The notes beneath the pieces were generated by a model, which was given only the letters and a program-made list of their open reading frames with translations, did not search any database and was not told where the DNA came from. From contig NZ_JAGOIT010000002.1 in NCBI RefSeq assembly GCF_017995515.1, positions 2,542 through 66,541 on the forward strand: a stretch of DNA of 64,000 bases, written 5' to 3'. The translations under genes were made by a program, and so were the position numbers. This stretch comes from Propionivibrio sp. (lineage in GTDB: Bacteria; Pseudomonadota; Gammaproteobacteria; Burkholderiales; Rhodocyclaceae). Position 1 is the stretch's first letter, and each line of letters starts with the position of its first letter. Of the stretch, positions 20,101-31,878 are shown one piece after another.

Positions 20101-21852
20101 TCACAACTTACGTGCGAGATCAGCGTCCGCATTCGAGCGCAGGAGCTGGCGGTATTGCTCCTTTTCCTCGCTGGAAAGGCCGGGAAGCCCAAGCTTGATG
20201 ACTTTCTCCTGCAGTTGCTCGAAGGCGCGCTTGTTTTCCGCTTCACGTAGTCTCTGAATGATTCCTTCAAACTCGTCGTCAATGCCCTCTTCGGCAAACG
20301 GGTGCAGCATTAGTTCGGCGGCAGATTCGTTCAACACGCTATCTTGCTCACCACCCCGCAATTGCTCTAGCAGGACTGTGTAGGTTGGCGGCGATTCTTC
20401 GTAGTCCTGTATCGTTTCGCACAATCGCTTTACCGCAAACGCCTCTGCGTGATTGTCTGGCAACGCTGCATGCGGCACTCGCTTCGCCAGTTCGGGTTTC
20501 TGCAGCAAGAGTCTAAGCAACGGCCTGAACAAGGAGGGAGCCTTGCGTGGTGCGACTGCCGGTGCTGCTCGTGCCACCGGGCGCAGATCGCACAGCCGTT
20601 CCACTTCGCTTTGCGAGAACCCGCTAGCTTCCGCAAGCCTCTTGACCAACTGTAGTCGCAATAAGGGCGTTTGCAAGCGCGCCAGAAGTGGCTTGGCTTC
20701 GGCAACGAGCTTGGCGCGACCTTCTGCGCTGGTCATGTCGCAGCGCGTTGACAGCTCTCTCAGAAGGAATTCGGAAAGCGGTAGTGCTTGCGCGACCATA
20801 CGCTCAAACGCATCCTTGCCCTGGTTGCGCACGAAACTGTCCGGGTCGTCCTTTTCAGGCAGGAAAACAAAACCGATGCTCTTTTGTTCGGGCAAGGCTT
20901 CAAGGCTGTTTTCGAGCGCGCGCCATGCCGCCTTCTTGCCGGCTGTGTCGCCATCGAAGCAATAGACGATACGGTCGACCTGGCGCAGAAGCTTCTTGAC
21001 GTGCGTCCCGGTGGTTGCCGTTCCGAGGGTGGCGACGGCGTTGCCGATGCCGTGCTGGGCGAGCGCGACGACGTCCATGTAGCCTTCGACGACGACCGCT
21101 GTGTTTGTGTCGCGCAGGGCGCTTCGTGCTTGCGGCAAGCCGAAAAGTTCGCGCCCCTTCTCGAATAGGGGGGTCTCCGGCGAATTCAGATACTTGGGTT
21201 CGCCCGCACCAAGTACGCGGCCGCCAAATGCGATAGTTTCTCCCTTCTGGTTCTTGATCGGGAACATGATCCGGTCGCGAAAACGATCGTACAGGCGGCC
21301 TGTTTCGTGTTTGATCACCATGCCTGTCTGTTGCAAGTCCGTGCGGGTGTAGTCCTCGAATGCTGTGCCAAGGTTTTGTGAGCCGTTGGGTGCATAACCG
21401 ATTCCGAACTTCTGCGCAATCGCGCCGCTGACGCCGCGATTTCTTAGGTAGTCAATGGCCTTTTCGGATCGCTTCAGCTGTTCGTAGTAGTACCTTGCCG
21501 CGATGTCCATCACTTCCGTCAGGCTGGACAGCTTCGGGCCACTCGGGGTGTTGCGCCCATCCTGCTCGGGGAGTTGCATGCCAGTGCGTCCGGCAAGATC
21601 CTTTACGGCATCGATGAAGCCAAGGCCCGAGTATTCCATGAGAAATCCGATGGCCGTCCCGTGCGCTCCGCAACCGAAGCAGTGGTAGAACTGCTTTGTC
21701 GGGCTGACCGTGAAGGACGGCGACTTCTCGCTGTGAAACGGGCAGCACGCTGCGAAATTGGCGCCAGCTTTCTTTAGGGGGACGAATCCGTCGATCAGGT
21801 CGACCAAGTCGGTCCGGTGCAGCAATTCCTGAATGAAAGACTCGGGAATCAT
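20101..21852 (-). CDS. dnaG: DNA primase
   Basis: CHC2 zinc finger CPFHSEKSPSF...YHCFGCG, DRFRDRIMFPI, KYLNSPETPLF, TOPRIM VEGYMDV and FDGD. Confidence 0.98.
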   Translation of the reverse strand: MIPESFIQELLHRTDLVDLIDGFVPLKKAGANFAACCPFHSEKSPSFTVSPTKQFYHCFGCGAHGTAIGFLMEYSGLGFIDAVKDLAGRTGMQLPEQDGRNTPSGPKLSSLTEVMDIAARYYYEQLKRSEKAIDYLRNRGVSGAIAQKFGIGYAPNGSQNLGTAFEDYTRTDLQQTGMVIKHETGRLYDRFRDRIMFPIKNQKGETIAFGGRVLGAGEPKYLNSPETPLFEKGRELFGLPQARSALRDTNTAVVVEGYMDVVALAQHGIGNAVATLGTATTGTHVKKLLRQVDRIVYCFDGDTAGKKAAWRALENSLEALPEQKSIGFVFLPEKDDPDSFVRNQGKDAFERMVAQALPLSEFLLRELSTRCDMTSAEGRAKLVAEAKPLLARLQTPLLRLQLVKRLAEASGFSQSEVERLCDLRPVARAAPAVAPRKAPSLFRPLLRLLLQKPELAKRVPHAALPDNHAEAFAVKRLCETIQDYEESPPTYTVLLEQLRGGEQDSVLNESAAELMLHPFAEEGIDDEFEGIIQRLREAENKRAFEQLQEKVIKLGLPGLSSEEKEQYRQLLRSNADADLARKL

Positions 21853-21923
21853 CGACGTGGCGCGTGGTGAATGGTTCGGACTGCCGGTGTTGCGGTTGGG
21901 GTGGAGCCCCGTCGCGGTAAGGG

Positions 21924-22376
21924 TTAAGCCTTGGGCGCGAGTGCGCCCTTGACGCGCCTGGAGACTTCAGTCATGTCGGCGCGGCCGGCGAGTCGTGCTT
22001 TGAGTATGCCCATGACCTTGCCCATATCGCCAGGGCCTATCGCGTCTGTCTCGGCAATCGCAGCGTTTACCGCCGTGTCAACTTCCGCGCTGGAAAGTCC
22101 CGCTGGCATGTAGTCGCTGAGCAGCGATGCCTCGAACTTCTCTGCGTCGGCCAAGTCCTGGCGCCCTGCAGACTCGTACTGGCTGATCGAATCCCGGCGC
22201 TGCTTCAGCATCTTGTCGATAACCGTGACGATCGCGGCATCGTCGAGTTCGGTGCGCTCGTCGACTTCTTTTTGCTTGATTGCTGCGAGCAGAAGGCGAA
22301 TTGCGCCGAGTCGTGCGGGCTCCCTGGCGCGCATCGCCGCTTTCATGTCTTCAGTGATACGATCTTTCAGTGTCAT
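21924..22376 (-). CDS. GatB/YqeY domain protein
   Basis: LKDRITEDMKAAMRA, KQRRDSISQY...GRQDLA, DMGKVMG; between rpsU and dnaG. Confidence 0.93.
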   Translation of the reverse strand: MTLKDRITEDMKAAMRAREPARLGAIRLLLAAIKQKEVDERTELDDAAIVTVIDKMLKQRRDSISQYESAGRQDLADAEKFEASLLSDYMPAGLSSAEVDTAVNAAIAETDAIGPGDMGKVMGILKARLAGRADMTEVSRRVKGALAPKA

Positions 22377-22495
22377 TGAAAGGTTCCTTGGCGAGGAGGC
22401 TTCCCGCGTCAGTCAAGCAGCGCGCCGAACGGCACAAACAAGAAAAGCCGCCAAGTTGAACCAACGGGCGGCTATCTGACAGGCAGCGGTACGGT

Positions 22496-22708
22496 TTAGT
22501 AGAGTTTTGGCGGCAGCGTCTGGCTGCGCATGCGCTTGTGGTGGCGCTTGACTGCGGCGGCGAGCTTGCGCTTGCGCTCGGCGGTGGGCTTTTCGTAGAA
22601 CTCGCGGGCGCGCAATTCAGTCAGCAAACCAGTCTTTTCGACGGTACGCTTGAAACGGCGGATCGCTACTTCGAACGGTTCGTTTTCCTTCAGGCGAATG
22701 GCAGGCAT
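22496..22708 (-). CDS. rpsU: 30S ribosomal protein S21
   Basis: [21 protein letters not shown]...[14 protein letters not shown]; 70 aa from ATG 22708. Confidence 0.98.
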   Translation of the reverse strand: MPAIRLKENEPFEVAIRRFKRTVEKTGLLTELRAREFYEKPTAERKRKLAAAVKRHHKRMRSQTLPPKLY

Positions 22709-22822
22709 TAACTCTATCCTAATTTCAAAAGTCGTCAGATTACTGCTGAGCCCAGTATTATAAACAAAGAGTCGTCGAAAGTCCAAGCGCTTTTACGTGT
22801 TGCTTCGCCTCGGGGGCTTCGC

Positions 22823-23308
22823 TCACTGCGAGGAGGCCCCGGTTTCTCTGGTCAGACTTCGTTGTGCGGCGAGTCGATCGGGAAGTTCCAGTATGGCGTC
22901 GCGATTGCTCCAGGAGAATACTTTGGCAGCAGCCTCTTCGTAGTCCAGCCAGCAATAGCCAGTATGTTCTCCAGGCGCCGTGATTACGGGCGTGTTTTCT
23001 TCCACGGCGAGCGAAAAGACATGCTCCGTGTTGTATCGAACGTCTGGTGCGTAGCGATGGCGCCATTCCTCGAAGATCTCGAAGGTGTTTGTCCTGTTCC
23101 AGTCAGCCATGCTTGCGGCGGTTGTGGCTATCCCGGTTTCTTCACGAACTTCGCGCGTGGCGGTTTCGATGAGGGTTTCGCCTTCTTCCTGGCTGCCGGT
23201 GACTGATTGCCAGTAGCCGGGATGCAGTGCTCGCTCAAGCAGCAGTATCTTCAAGTTGTATGTGTGAATCACAACGAGTACGGAGATAGGCCGTTTGAAC
23301 TGGGTCAT
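22823..23308 (-). CDS. nudB: Dihydroneopterin triphosphate diphosphatase (Nudix)
   Basis: FKRPISVLVVI, WQSVTGS, Nudix box ATREVREETG, YAPDVRYNTEHVF. Confidence 0.93.
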   Translation of the reverse strand: MTQFKRPISVLVVIHTYNLKILLLERALHPGYWQSVTGSQEEGETLIETATREVREETGIATTAASMADWNRTNTFEIFEEWRHRYAPDVRYNTEHVFSLAVEENTPVITAPGEHTGYCWLDYEEAAAKVFSWSNRDAILELPDRLAAQRSLTRETGASSQ

Positions 23309-23766
23309 GCGAAGAGTTGGGGTTGTGCCGAAGTAGCGTTATCCGGGGTGTCGGTCAGGTAAAAAATCCAGAATGGCACGTCACGCGACTTCCACTCTTC
23401 CACGGCGCTTGCGAGAACCTGGTTGAATGCGGCGAAACTCGTCGGGGTCGCGCTTAAGGACGAAAGGCCGTCAAGCAGAATGACGTATCCCGGTGCCGGA
23501 TGCCAGGAAAAATCTGTAAGGCAGTCGTTGAGGGCGTCGAGGTTGTTGCCGAACCACTCGGGGAGCTTCAAATCCCGTTTCATGGCTCGGATGAAGCCGG
23601 GGACGTTGCGAGCGTCTTTCAAGTCGACATGAAAACAGGCGAGCTTGAGTTCGTCAGCCGCCTTCAGCATACCGTCGAGGTCGGTACGAGCCAGCTTGAA
23701 GATGCCGGCCGTTGCAGGCTTATGTATTCTTGAGTCCGGTGCTGACGGCGTCGGGACGGGCGTCAT
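23305..23766 (-). CDS. Barstar-family ribonuclease inhibitor
   Basis: LPEWFGNNLDALNDCLTD barstar motif; coupled by a 4-nt overlap to the upstream RNase. Confidence 0.9.
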   Translation of the reverse strand: MTPVPTPSAPDSRIHKPATAGIFKLARTDLDGMLKAADELKLACFHVDLKDARNVPGFIRAMKRDLKLPEWFGNNLDALNDCLTDFSWHPAPGYVILLDGLSSLSATPTSFAAFNQVLASAVEEWKSRDVPFWIFYLTDTPDNATSAQPQLFA

Positions 23767-24173
23767 TCTTCTCTAATCCTGCGAAATGTGCGGTAGTGAT
23801 CGGCTGTGTAGTAGTACTCGCCTGATGTGGCGACCGAATTGTTACTTCCTTTGCCGGCGACGATACGTCGTGCGCCACGGTCGGTGCGCCATGGTGTCGG
23901 GACGGTGTATTCGCGATAGTAACCTCGGGCTTGGGGTGGCAAGCGTCGCTCGAAATTTCCGAAGACGCTGCCGTCCTTGTGCGGGTAAGGAAAGGGACCG
24001 CCTTGCCGAATCAACTGGAGCGTCTGTTTCGCTTCTGCGGGGAGGGACGAGATCGCGACCGCTGCAATAGATGCGCTGTGCGCCTGGTCTCGCGCCAGCG
24101 TTGGCGACAATCCGCACACTCCAGCCAGCGCCAGAAAAAGCGCCAGTCGGAAGAGTGCGGCGAGTCGCGCCAT
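23763..24173 (-). CDS. Secreted guanyl-specific ribonuclease (N1/T1/Sa/barnase family)
   Basis: Hydrophobic signal peptide; GGPFPY..DGSVFGNFERRLP, YYREYTV (catalytic Glu), RGARRIV, YYTADHY (catalytic His). Confidence 0.92.
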   Translation of the reverse strand: MARLAALFRLALFLALAGVCGLSPTLARDQAHSASIAAVAISSLPAEAKQTLQLIRQGGPFPYPHKDGSVFGNFERRLPPQARGYYREYTVPTPWRTDRGARRIVAGKGSNNSVATSGEYYYTADHYRTFRRIREE

Positions 24174-24181
24174 GGCAGGAC

Positions 24182-25984
<1,803 letters not shown>

Positions 25985-26026
25985 GCTGTTTCCGGGTTAC
26001 GAGTTTGGTTTTTGGTTAGGGCCCAT

Positions 26027-26644
26027 CTAGTACTTGGTTTTGCTCGGCGGCGCGACAACGCCCATCGAAATGATGTACTTGAGTGCTTCGTCGACGGCCA
26101 TATCGAGCTCAATGACTTCGTTCTTCGGCATCATCAGGAAGAATCCGGACGTTGGGTTCGGTGTGGTCGGAACATAGACGCTGACGTAGTCTCCCTTGAG
26201 ATGATTTTGCACATCGCCACCCGGTATGCCCGTGAGCAGGGCAATGGTCCACGATCCCCGGCGAGGGTACTGGACAAGCAGTGCCTTGCGAAAGGCATTG
26301 CCTGATGAGGAAAAAAGGGTGTCGGAGACCTGTTTTACGCTGTTGTAGATCGAGCTGACAACGGGAATGCGAGCCAGCAGGCGCTCCCACCATTGAACGA
26401 GCCTCTGGCCGATGAAGTTGGCGGCCAGTATCCCCGTAATCAGGATGATGAGCAGGGATACGGCGATTCCGGCGCCCGGGATGTCGTAGCCAAGGATACT
26501 GCTGGGGCGCGCCGACTCGGGAAGAAACCGCAAGGATTGGTCCGCCGCACCGGCAATCAACGTCAGCACCCACGCGGTAATCGCCAGCGGCACCCAGATC
26601 AGTAGTCCGGTGATGAAGTAGCGCTTGATCAGCTGCTTGCGCAC
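26027..26644 (-). CDS. DUF502 family membrane protein
   Basis: KRYFITGLLIWVPLAIT, IYNSVKQVSD, VYVPTTPNPTSGF; GTG start at 26644 inferred. Confidence 0.9.
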   Translation of the reverse strand: MRKQLIKRYFITGLLIWVPLAITAWVLTLIAGAADQSLRFLPESARPSSILGYDIPGAGIAVSLLIILITGILAANFIGQRLVQWWERLLARIPVVSSIYNSVKQVSDTLFSSSGNAFRKALLVQYPRRGSWTIALLTGIPGGDVQNHLKGDYVSVYVPTTPNPTSGFFLMMPKNEVIELDMAVDEALKYIISMGVVAPPSKTKY

Positions 26645-26895
26645 GCTTCCACTCCGGCACAACCTTGGCACGGCGAGGTGCTTTCGGATTTGGGTGGGGG
26701 CACGCTGGTTTTCCCCCCTTTGAAGTCGGTCGCGTACCAACCATTGCCCTTAAGCTGGAAGCCGGCCGCCGTTACCTGTTTCAGGTAACTCTCCTGGTTG
26801 CATTCCGGGCAGGTGTTCAGCACAGGGTCGCTGAGTTTTTGCAGATGGTCCTTTTCAAAACCGCAGGCATTGCATCGATAGACGTAAATCGGCAT
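26629..26895 (-). CDS. FmdB-family zinc-ribbon protein
   Basis: MPIYVYRCNACG...CPEC...FQLKGNGWYATDF. Confidence 0.92.
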   Translation of the reverse strand: MPIYVYRCNACGFEKDHLQKLSDPVLNTCPECNQESYLKQVTAAGFQLKGNGWYATDFKGGKTSVPPPKSESTSPCQGCAGVEACASS

Positions 26896-27003
26896 GGGCT
26901 TACCTTCACAGAAGCACGAAGTCAGAAATTATACTCGAACGGGTATGGTCGGATCTGCCAACCCGGATTCTGAAATTGAGGCAAAGGCTCTGTTTTCAAG
27001 TAA

Positions 27004-27867
27004 TTACATCAAGCGAAGATAAGCTTGGGTCAGATCATTGCCCCAGAAGAGGGCAAGTAGCCCCGCGGCTGCAAGGTAGGGGCCGAATGGAATAGGGATG
27101 TTCCGCCCTCGCTTGGTTACGACGATCAGGACGATGCCCACGATTGCGCCGACCAGCGACGAGAGCAGGATGATCAAAGGCAGGATTTGCCAGCCGAGCC
27201 AGGCACCAAGGGCCGCCAGCAGTTTGAAATCACCGTAGCCCATCCCCTCTTTGCCGGTCGCCAGCTTGAATCCCCAGTAAACGATCCAGAGTGACAGATA
27301 TCCAGCGATCGCGCCGATGACCGCGGAGTGAAGATCGGTGTAGATAGCCGATAAGTTGAAGAGAAGCCCCGCCCATACCAGCGGTAACGTGATCGAGTCT
27401 GGCAGCAGCTGTGTGTCGATATCGATGAAGGTCAGTGCCACAAGCGCACTTATCAACAAGGTGGCTCCCGCTGCAGCCCAGCCATAGCCGAATTCTACGG
27501 CCGCGAAGGCGAACAGCGCCCCGGTAAGTGCTTCGATGATCGGATATCGTGGTGAGATCGGCGCATGGCAGGCCGAGCAGCGCCCACGCAGTGCAATCCA
27601 GCTAAAGATCGGGATGTTTTCAAGCGCGGTAATCTGATGTCCGCATGCCGGACAGCGCGACCTTGGTTTTGAGAGCGAGAGCGGTTCTTGTGAAGGATTG
27701 TCTTCCTCGCGCAATTCTGCGCACTGGAGGAGCCAGTCATGCTCCATCATCTTTGGCAGTCGATGGATCACGACGTTGAGAAAACTGCCAATCAGAAGAC
27801 CAAGAATTCCCAGTGAAAGTACGGCTAACACCTGCGACTGCTCCAGCATGGCCCACGCCGCACCCAT
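27004..27867 (-). CDS. pilD: Type IV prepilin peptidase/N-methyltransferase
   Basis: GSFLNVVIHRLP, SRCPAC...GRCSAC, IDIDTQLLPD, GMGYGDFKLLAALG, IPFGPYL. Confidence 0.97.
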   Translation of the reverse strand: MGAAWAMLEQSQVLAVLSLGILGLLIGSFLNVVIHRLPKMMEHDWLLQCAELREEDNPSQEPLSLSKPRSRCPACGHQITALENIPIFSWIALRGRCSACHAPISPRYPIIEALTGALFAFAAVEFGYGWAAAGATLLISALVALTFIDIDTQLLPDSITLPLVWAGLLFNLSAIYTDLHSAVIGAIAGYLSLWIVYWGFKLATGKEGMGYGDFKLLAALGAWLGWQILPLIILLSSLVGAIVGIVLIVVTKRGRNIPIPFGPYLAAAGLLALFWGNDLTQAYLRLM

Positions 27868-29099
27868 TAAACAACAGCGCCCAGCTTGAAAATCGGCAAA
27901 TACATTGCTATGACCATGCCACCGATCAGCGTTCCCAGTACGACCATGATTATCGGCTCCATAAGGCTGGAGAGCGCTTCGACCGCATCATCAACTTCTG
28001 CTTCGAAGAAATCGGCCACTTTTGCCAGCATGGAGTCCAGCGCACCAGACTCTTCGCCAATAGCAACCATTTGGATGACCATGTTCGGGAAAAGTTGAGT
28101 GTTCTGCATCGACGAAGTCAGGCTTGTTCCGGTACTTACTTCCCCTTGAATTTGCTTGGTGCCAAATTTGTAAACAACGTTTCCGGCGGCCCCCCCTACC
28201 GAATCGAGGGATTCCACCAAGGGAACCCCCGCCGCGAACATGGTTGCCAAAGTCCGGGTCCATCGTGCCATTACCGATTTTCGGACGATGATTCCAAACA
28301 GCGGTAGGCGTAGTAACAAACGGTCCATTGCAAACTGGACTGTTTCTGAGCGCTTCCAAGAATAGAAGAAGGCGTAAAGGCTGAGCCCGATCGATCCGAA
28401 GATCGCCCACCAATAAGCGACGAAATAGTCCGAAATTGCGATTACGAGCAGTGTCGGTGCCGGCAGGTCTGCTCCAAAGCTCGTAAATACTTGCTTGAAC
28501 GCGGGAATGACGAAGATCATGATTACTGCGGTAATTACGAACGCCACCACGATGACTGCCACGGGATAGAACAGTGCCGACTTGATCTTCGACCTGATGG
28601 CAAGCATTTTCTCCTTGTATGTCGCCAAGCGATCCAGCAGCGTTTCCAGAATCCCGGCTTGCTCTCCTGCTGCAACCAGGTTGCAATAGAGCTGATCAAA
28701 GTGGAGCGGATACTTTCTGAAAGCCTGTGATAGCGAGCTGCCTGTTTCGACGTCCGATTTGATATCAAGAAGCAGCTTGCCAACCGCAGGATTGTCGTGG
28801 CCGCGTCCAACGATATCGAAGGTCTGGAGCAGCGGTACGCCAGACTTCATCATCGTCGCCAATTGTCTTGTGAATAGCGCCACATCCTTTTCTGATACTT
28901 TTCCGCCACTCCTAAAGCGTTGCTTTGAGACCTTTTCTACCAGTATGCCCTGGCGCCTTAAGGTCGCATTTACTACAGCTTCGCTCGGTGCTCGCAGCTC
29001 TCCGCGTACGATTTTTCCGGACTTGTTTTTTCCGGTCCACAGAAATGTGAACTCCTTGGCCTCCTGAGAGCGCTTTGCTGGTTTCACTGCTGTTGCCAT
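27867..29099 (-). CDS. pilC: Type IV pilus platform protein PilC
   Basis: FTRQLATMMKSGVPLLQ, GEQAGIL, IKSALFYP, GEESGALDSML, LMEPIIMVVLG. Confidence 0.97.
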   Translation of the reverse strand: MATAVKPAKRSQEAKEFTFLWTGKNKSGKIVRGELRAPSEAVVNATLRRQGILVEKVSKQRFRSGGKVSEKDVALFTRQLATMMKSGVPLLQTFDIVGRGHDNPAVGKLLLDIKSDVETGSSLSQAFRKYPLHFDQLYCNLVAAGEQAGILETLLDRLATYKEKMLAIRSKIKSALFYPVAVIVVAFVITAVIMIFVIPAFKQVFTSFGADLPAPTLLVIAISDYFVAYWWAIFGSIGLSLYAFFYSWKRSETVQFAMDRLLLRLPLFGIIVRKSVMARWTRTLATMFAAGVPLVESLDSVGGAAGNVVYKFGTKQIQGEVSTGTSLTSSMQNTQLFPNMVIQMVAIGEESGALDSMLAKVADFFEAEVDDAVEALSSLMEPIIMVVLGTLIGGMVIAMYLPIFKLGAVV

Positions 29100-29121
29100 G
29101 CTGAGCCCTTTGTCATCTCGT

Positions 29122-30837
29122 CTATACGTTAGTGCTGCCTAGAACTTCATCAAGTGAAGTCAGTCCCCGCTTGACTTTCAGAAGGCCTGAGCGGCGCAGA
29201 TCATCAACGCCCTCTCTTCTTGCCTGTTCTGCGATGTCGAGTGCAGTACCATTTGCCATGATCAGGCGCTGAATCGCTTCGGTGACAGGCATTACCTGGT
29301 ACAAGCCCACCCGTCCCTTGTAGCCGGTCCCCTTGCAGCGATCGCAGCCGGCCGGTCCGTAAAGATGCCAACTCCCGTCGATATCCGACTCTGTAAAGCC
29401 GGCATCCAGCAAGGTTTCAATCGGTGTATCGAGCGTCTTCTTGCAAGTACATAGCCGACGCACAAGTCGCTGCGCGGTAATGAGGAGGACGCTCGACGCA
29501 ATGTTGAACGTGGGAATGCCCATGTTCATCAAGCGGGTCAGTGTCGATGGTGCATCGTTCGTGTGCAGCGTTGACAAGACCATGTGGCCGGTTTGCGCCG
29601 CCTTGATTGCGATTTCTGCGGTTTCGAGATCCCGGATTTCGCCGACCATGATGATGTCAGGGTCTTGGCGCAAGAACGCCTTCAATGCAACAGGAAATGT
29701 AAGGCCCTGCCTGTCGTCGACGTTGACCTGGTTGATGCCGGGCAAGGGGATTTCCGCTGGATCTTCCGCGGTGGAGATATTTATTCCCGGTTTGTTCAGA
29801 ATATTGAGGCAGGTGTAAAGCGAGACGGTTTTTCCGGAACCCGTCGGGCCCGTTACCAGCACCATGCCGTAGGGGCGCTGAATCGCGTCGAGCAGTATCG
29901 CCTTCTGATCCGGCTCGTAACCAAGTGCATCAATTCCCAAGGTTGCGCTGCTCGGGTCCAGGATACGCAGCACAATCTTTTCGCCGTACATTGTCGGCAA
30001 GGTGCTCACACGAAAATCTATGGCCCGACTCTTCGACAACACGAGGCGCATGCGTCCATCCTGTGGGACACGTTTTTCGGCAATATTCAGTCGGGAAATG
30101 ACCTTGATGCGGGAGGCGATCTTTTCCTTGATGACGAGCGGTGGCGACGCCACTTCTCGCAGCACGCCATCGGTGCGGAATCGGATGCGGTAGTTCTTTT
30201 CGTACGGCTCGAAGTGGATGTCGGATGCGCCATCGTTGATGGCGTCCAGAAGCATCTTCTGGATGAATTTGACGACCGGCGCGTCGTCAACGTCAAGCGC
30301 CGCGGGGTCGTCTGCTTTTTCGGCTGATTCTTCGTCGGTGAACTCGAGGTTGATGTCTTCGTTGGCCAGGCTCTTGAGGGTTTCTTCCGCTGACTCGGAA
30401 AGTTTTGTGACCAGCGGTGATAACTGCCCTTCATCGACGATAACCGGGTCTACCGCCATGCCGGTCTGGAACCGGATCTCGTCGAGAGCCCTCAGGTTGG
30501 TCGGGTCTGCGATTGCTACCGAGAGCCGGTTGCCTCGTTTGTGCAGAGGGATGACACGATGCGTGGCGATCAGCTTTCGGTCAATTGCGGTCTTCAGGAT
30601 GTGGGCATCGTCAAATGCCGTAAGATCAAGAAGCGGATAGCCGAAAGTGTCAGAGGCAAAACGTGCGATTTCTCCCGAACTTGCCTTCTTGGCGCCAACC
30701 AGTTGCTCGATGAACGATGTTCTTGTGGAGGCGGATTGCGTCAGCAACGCCTCAGCTTCGGCTTCTTTGATTCGGCCGGCTTGAACAAGTGCGCGGGCAA
30801 GGCCGCTGAGCGTTGATTGTTGCGGATTGGCTGCCAT
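29122..30837 (-). CDS. pilB: Type IV pilus assembly ATPase PilB
   Basis: ASDIHFEP, IAEKRVPQDGR, Walker A GPTGSGKT, EDPAE, LRQDPDIIMVGEIRD, HMVLSTLHTND, Cys motifs; start ATG 30837. Confidence 0.98.
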   Translation of the reverse strand: MAANPQQSTLSGLARALVQAGRIKEAEAEALLTQSASTRTSFIEQLVGAKKASSGEIARFASDTFGYPLLDLTAFDDAHILKTAIDRKLIATHRVIPLHKRGNRLSVAIADPTNLRALDEIRFQTGMAVDPVIVDEGQLSPLVTKLSESAEETLKSLANEDINLEFTDEESAEKADDPAALDVDDAPVVKFIQKMLLDAINDGASDIHFEPYEKNYRIRFRTDGVLREVASPPLVIKEKIASRIKVISRLNIAEKRVPQDGRMRLVLSKSRAIDFRVSTLPTMYGEKIVLRILDPSSATLGIDALGYEPDQKAILLDAIQRPYGMVLVTGPTGSGKTVSLYTCLNILNKPGINISTAEDPAEIPLPGINQVNVDDRQGLTFPVALKAFLRQDPDIIMVGEIRDLETAEIAIKAAQTGHMVLSTLHTNDAPSTLTRLMNMGIPTFNIASSVLLITAQRLVRRLCTCKKTLDTPIETLLDAGFTESDIDGSWHLYGPAGCDRCKGTGYKGRVGLYQVMPVTEAIQRLIMANGTALDIAEQARREGVDDLRRSGLLKVKRGLTSLDEVLGSTNV

Positions 30838-31005
30838 ATTTTGTAAAGGACGGACGCCTGTTGGCGCCAATGACTCAGGGCTGCAAAACGTGCCCACCGA
30901 CCATGCCAGATCGATGATGCATGGAGTCGGGGGCTTTGTAAATAGCGGCTGCCAGCATGGGCCGTCACTGGCGTTTGTTCACCTCGACCGAGAAAAGTAG
31001 TGTCG

Positions 31006-31848
31006 CTAGATGCGCCCGAGAATGAATTCAGAGACGAATCGGCTGCCGACATAGGCCAGCATGAGGACGAGAAAACCCGCTAGCGTCCATCGCAGTGCGA
31101 TTCGCCCGCGCCAGCCATAAGCGCTGCGACCGATCAGCAATGCGGCAAAGATGCCCCAGGAAAAAAACGCAAAAAGAGTTTTGTGATCGAGTACTACCGG
31201 TTTGTTGAAGATTTCTTCCGAAAACATCACGCCGCTTGCGAGAGCGACAGTCAGGAGAGAGAACGCGACGCTAATCATCCTGAATAGCAGTGATTCCATG
31301 GCCAGTAGCGGCGGCAGGTTGGCAAACTTCAAGCCAATGTCGGCGCGTTGATGAAGGCTCCTCTCGACAATACCCATGAAGACCGCATGCATGGCGGATA
31401 GCGTAAACACACCATAGGCGAGCATCGCGGTAAGGAAGTGGAGCTTGAAGCCCCACGCGGCGGCGTGGCCGATAAGGTGAACTTGCGGGAACAGCGTCGG
31501 AAGTGCCGCGCACACTGCGGCCAGAGGGAGTACCAGTGGTTGCAAGCCGTCCATGCGCGAACGAAAGCTCTCCAGCCAGTAGATGATTACGGCAAGCCAG
31601 AGCATCAATGAGAGGGCAAAACTGAAGGAAAAGCGCATTCCCTCCGCGCTGAAAAGGCCGTCGTACAGCCCGATTCCTTGCAGAATTACAGCGACAAGGA
31701 TGCCGGTACGCTCCCAGCTTTGCATCGTGAGAATATGCGCCGGCTGCCCCTTGTGGTGCCAGCGCGTATGCCAGAAATGCAGACCAAGTCCCGCGTAGAG
31801 CAGCGATGAGGCGATGTGGGGGAGAAGGTGCAGTAAAATGTCCGACAT
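31006..31848 (-). CDS. Cytochrome c assembly (CcsA/YpjD) family membrane protein
   Basis: Multi-TM; LPPLLAMESLLF, HKTLFAFFSW, GWRGRIA; divergent from ffh, the usual arrangement. Confidence 0.88.
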   Translation of the reverse strand: MSDILLHLLPHIASSLLYAGLGLHFWHTRWHHKGQPAHILTMQSWERTGILVAVILQGIGLYDGLFSAEGMRFSFSFALSLMLWLAVIIYWLESFRSRMDGLQPLVLPLAAVCAALPTLFPQVHLIGHAAAWGFKLHFLTAMLAYGVFTLSAMHAVFMGIVERSLHQRADIGLKFANLPPLLAMESLLFRMISVAFSLLTVALASGVMFSEEIFNKPVVLDHKTLFAFFSWGIFAALLIGRSAYGWRGRIALRWTLAGFLVLMLAYVGSRFVSEFILGRI

Positions 31849-31878
31849 TTTTTGAGTTTACACCAAGCCGGAAATCAA

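Noticed and set aside
30876-30900. Possible sigma54 promoter upstream of pilB (minus strand GGGCACGTTTTGC)
   Set aside because: GG-to-GC spacing is 8-9 nt, not the required 10.
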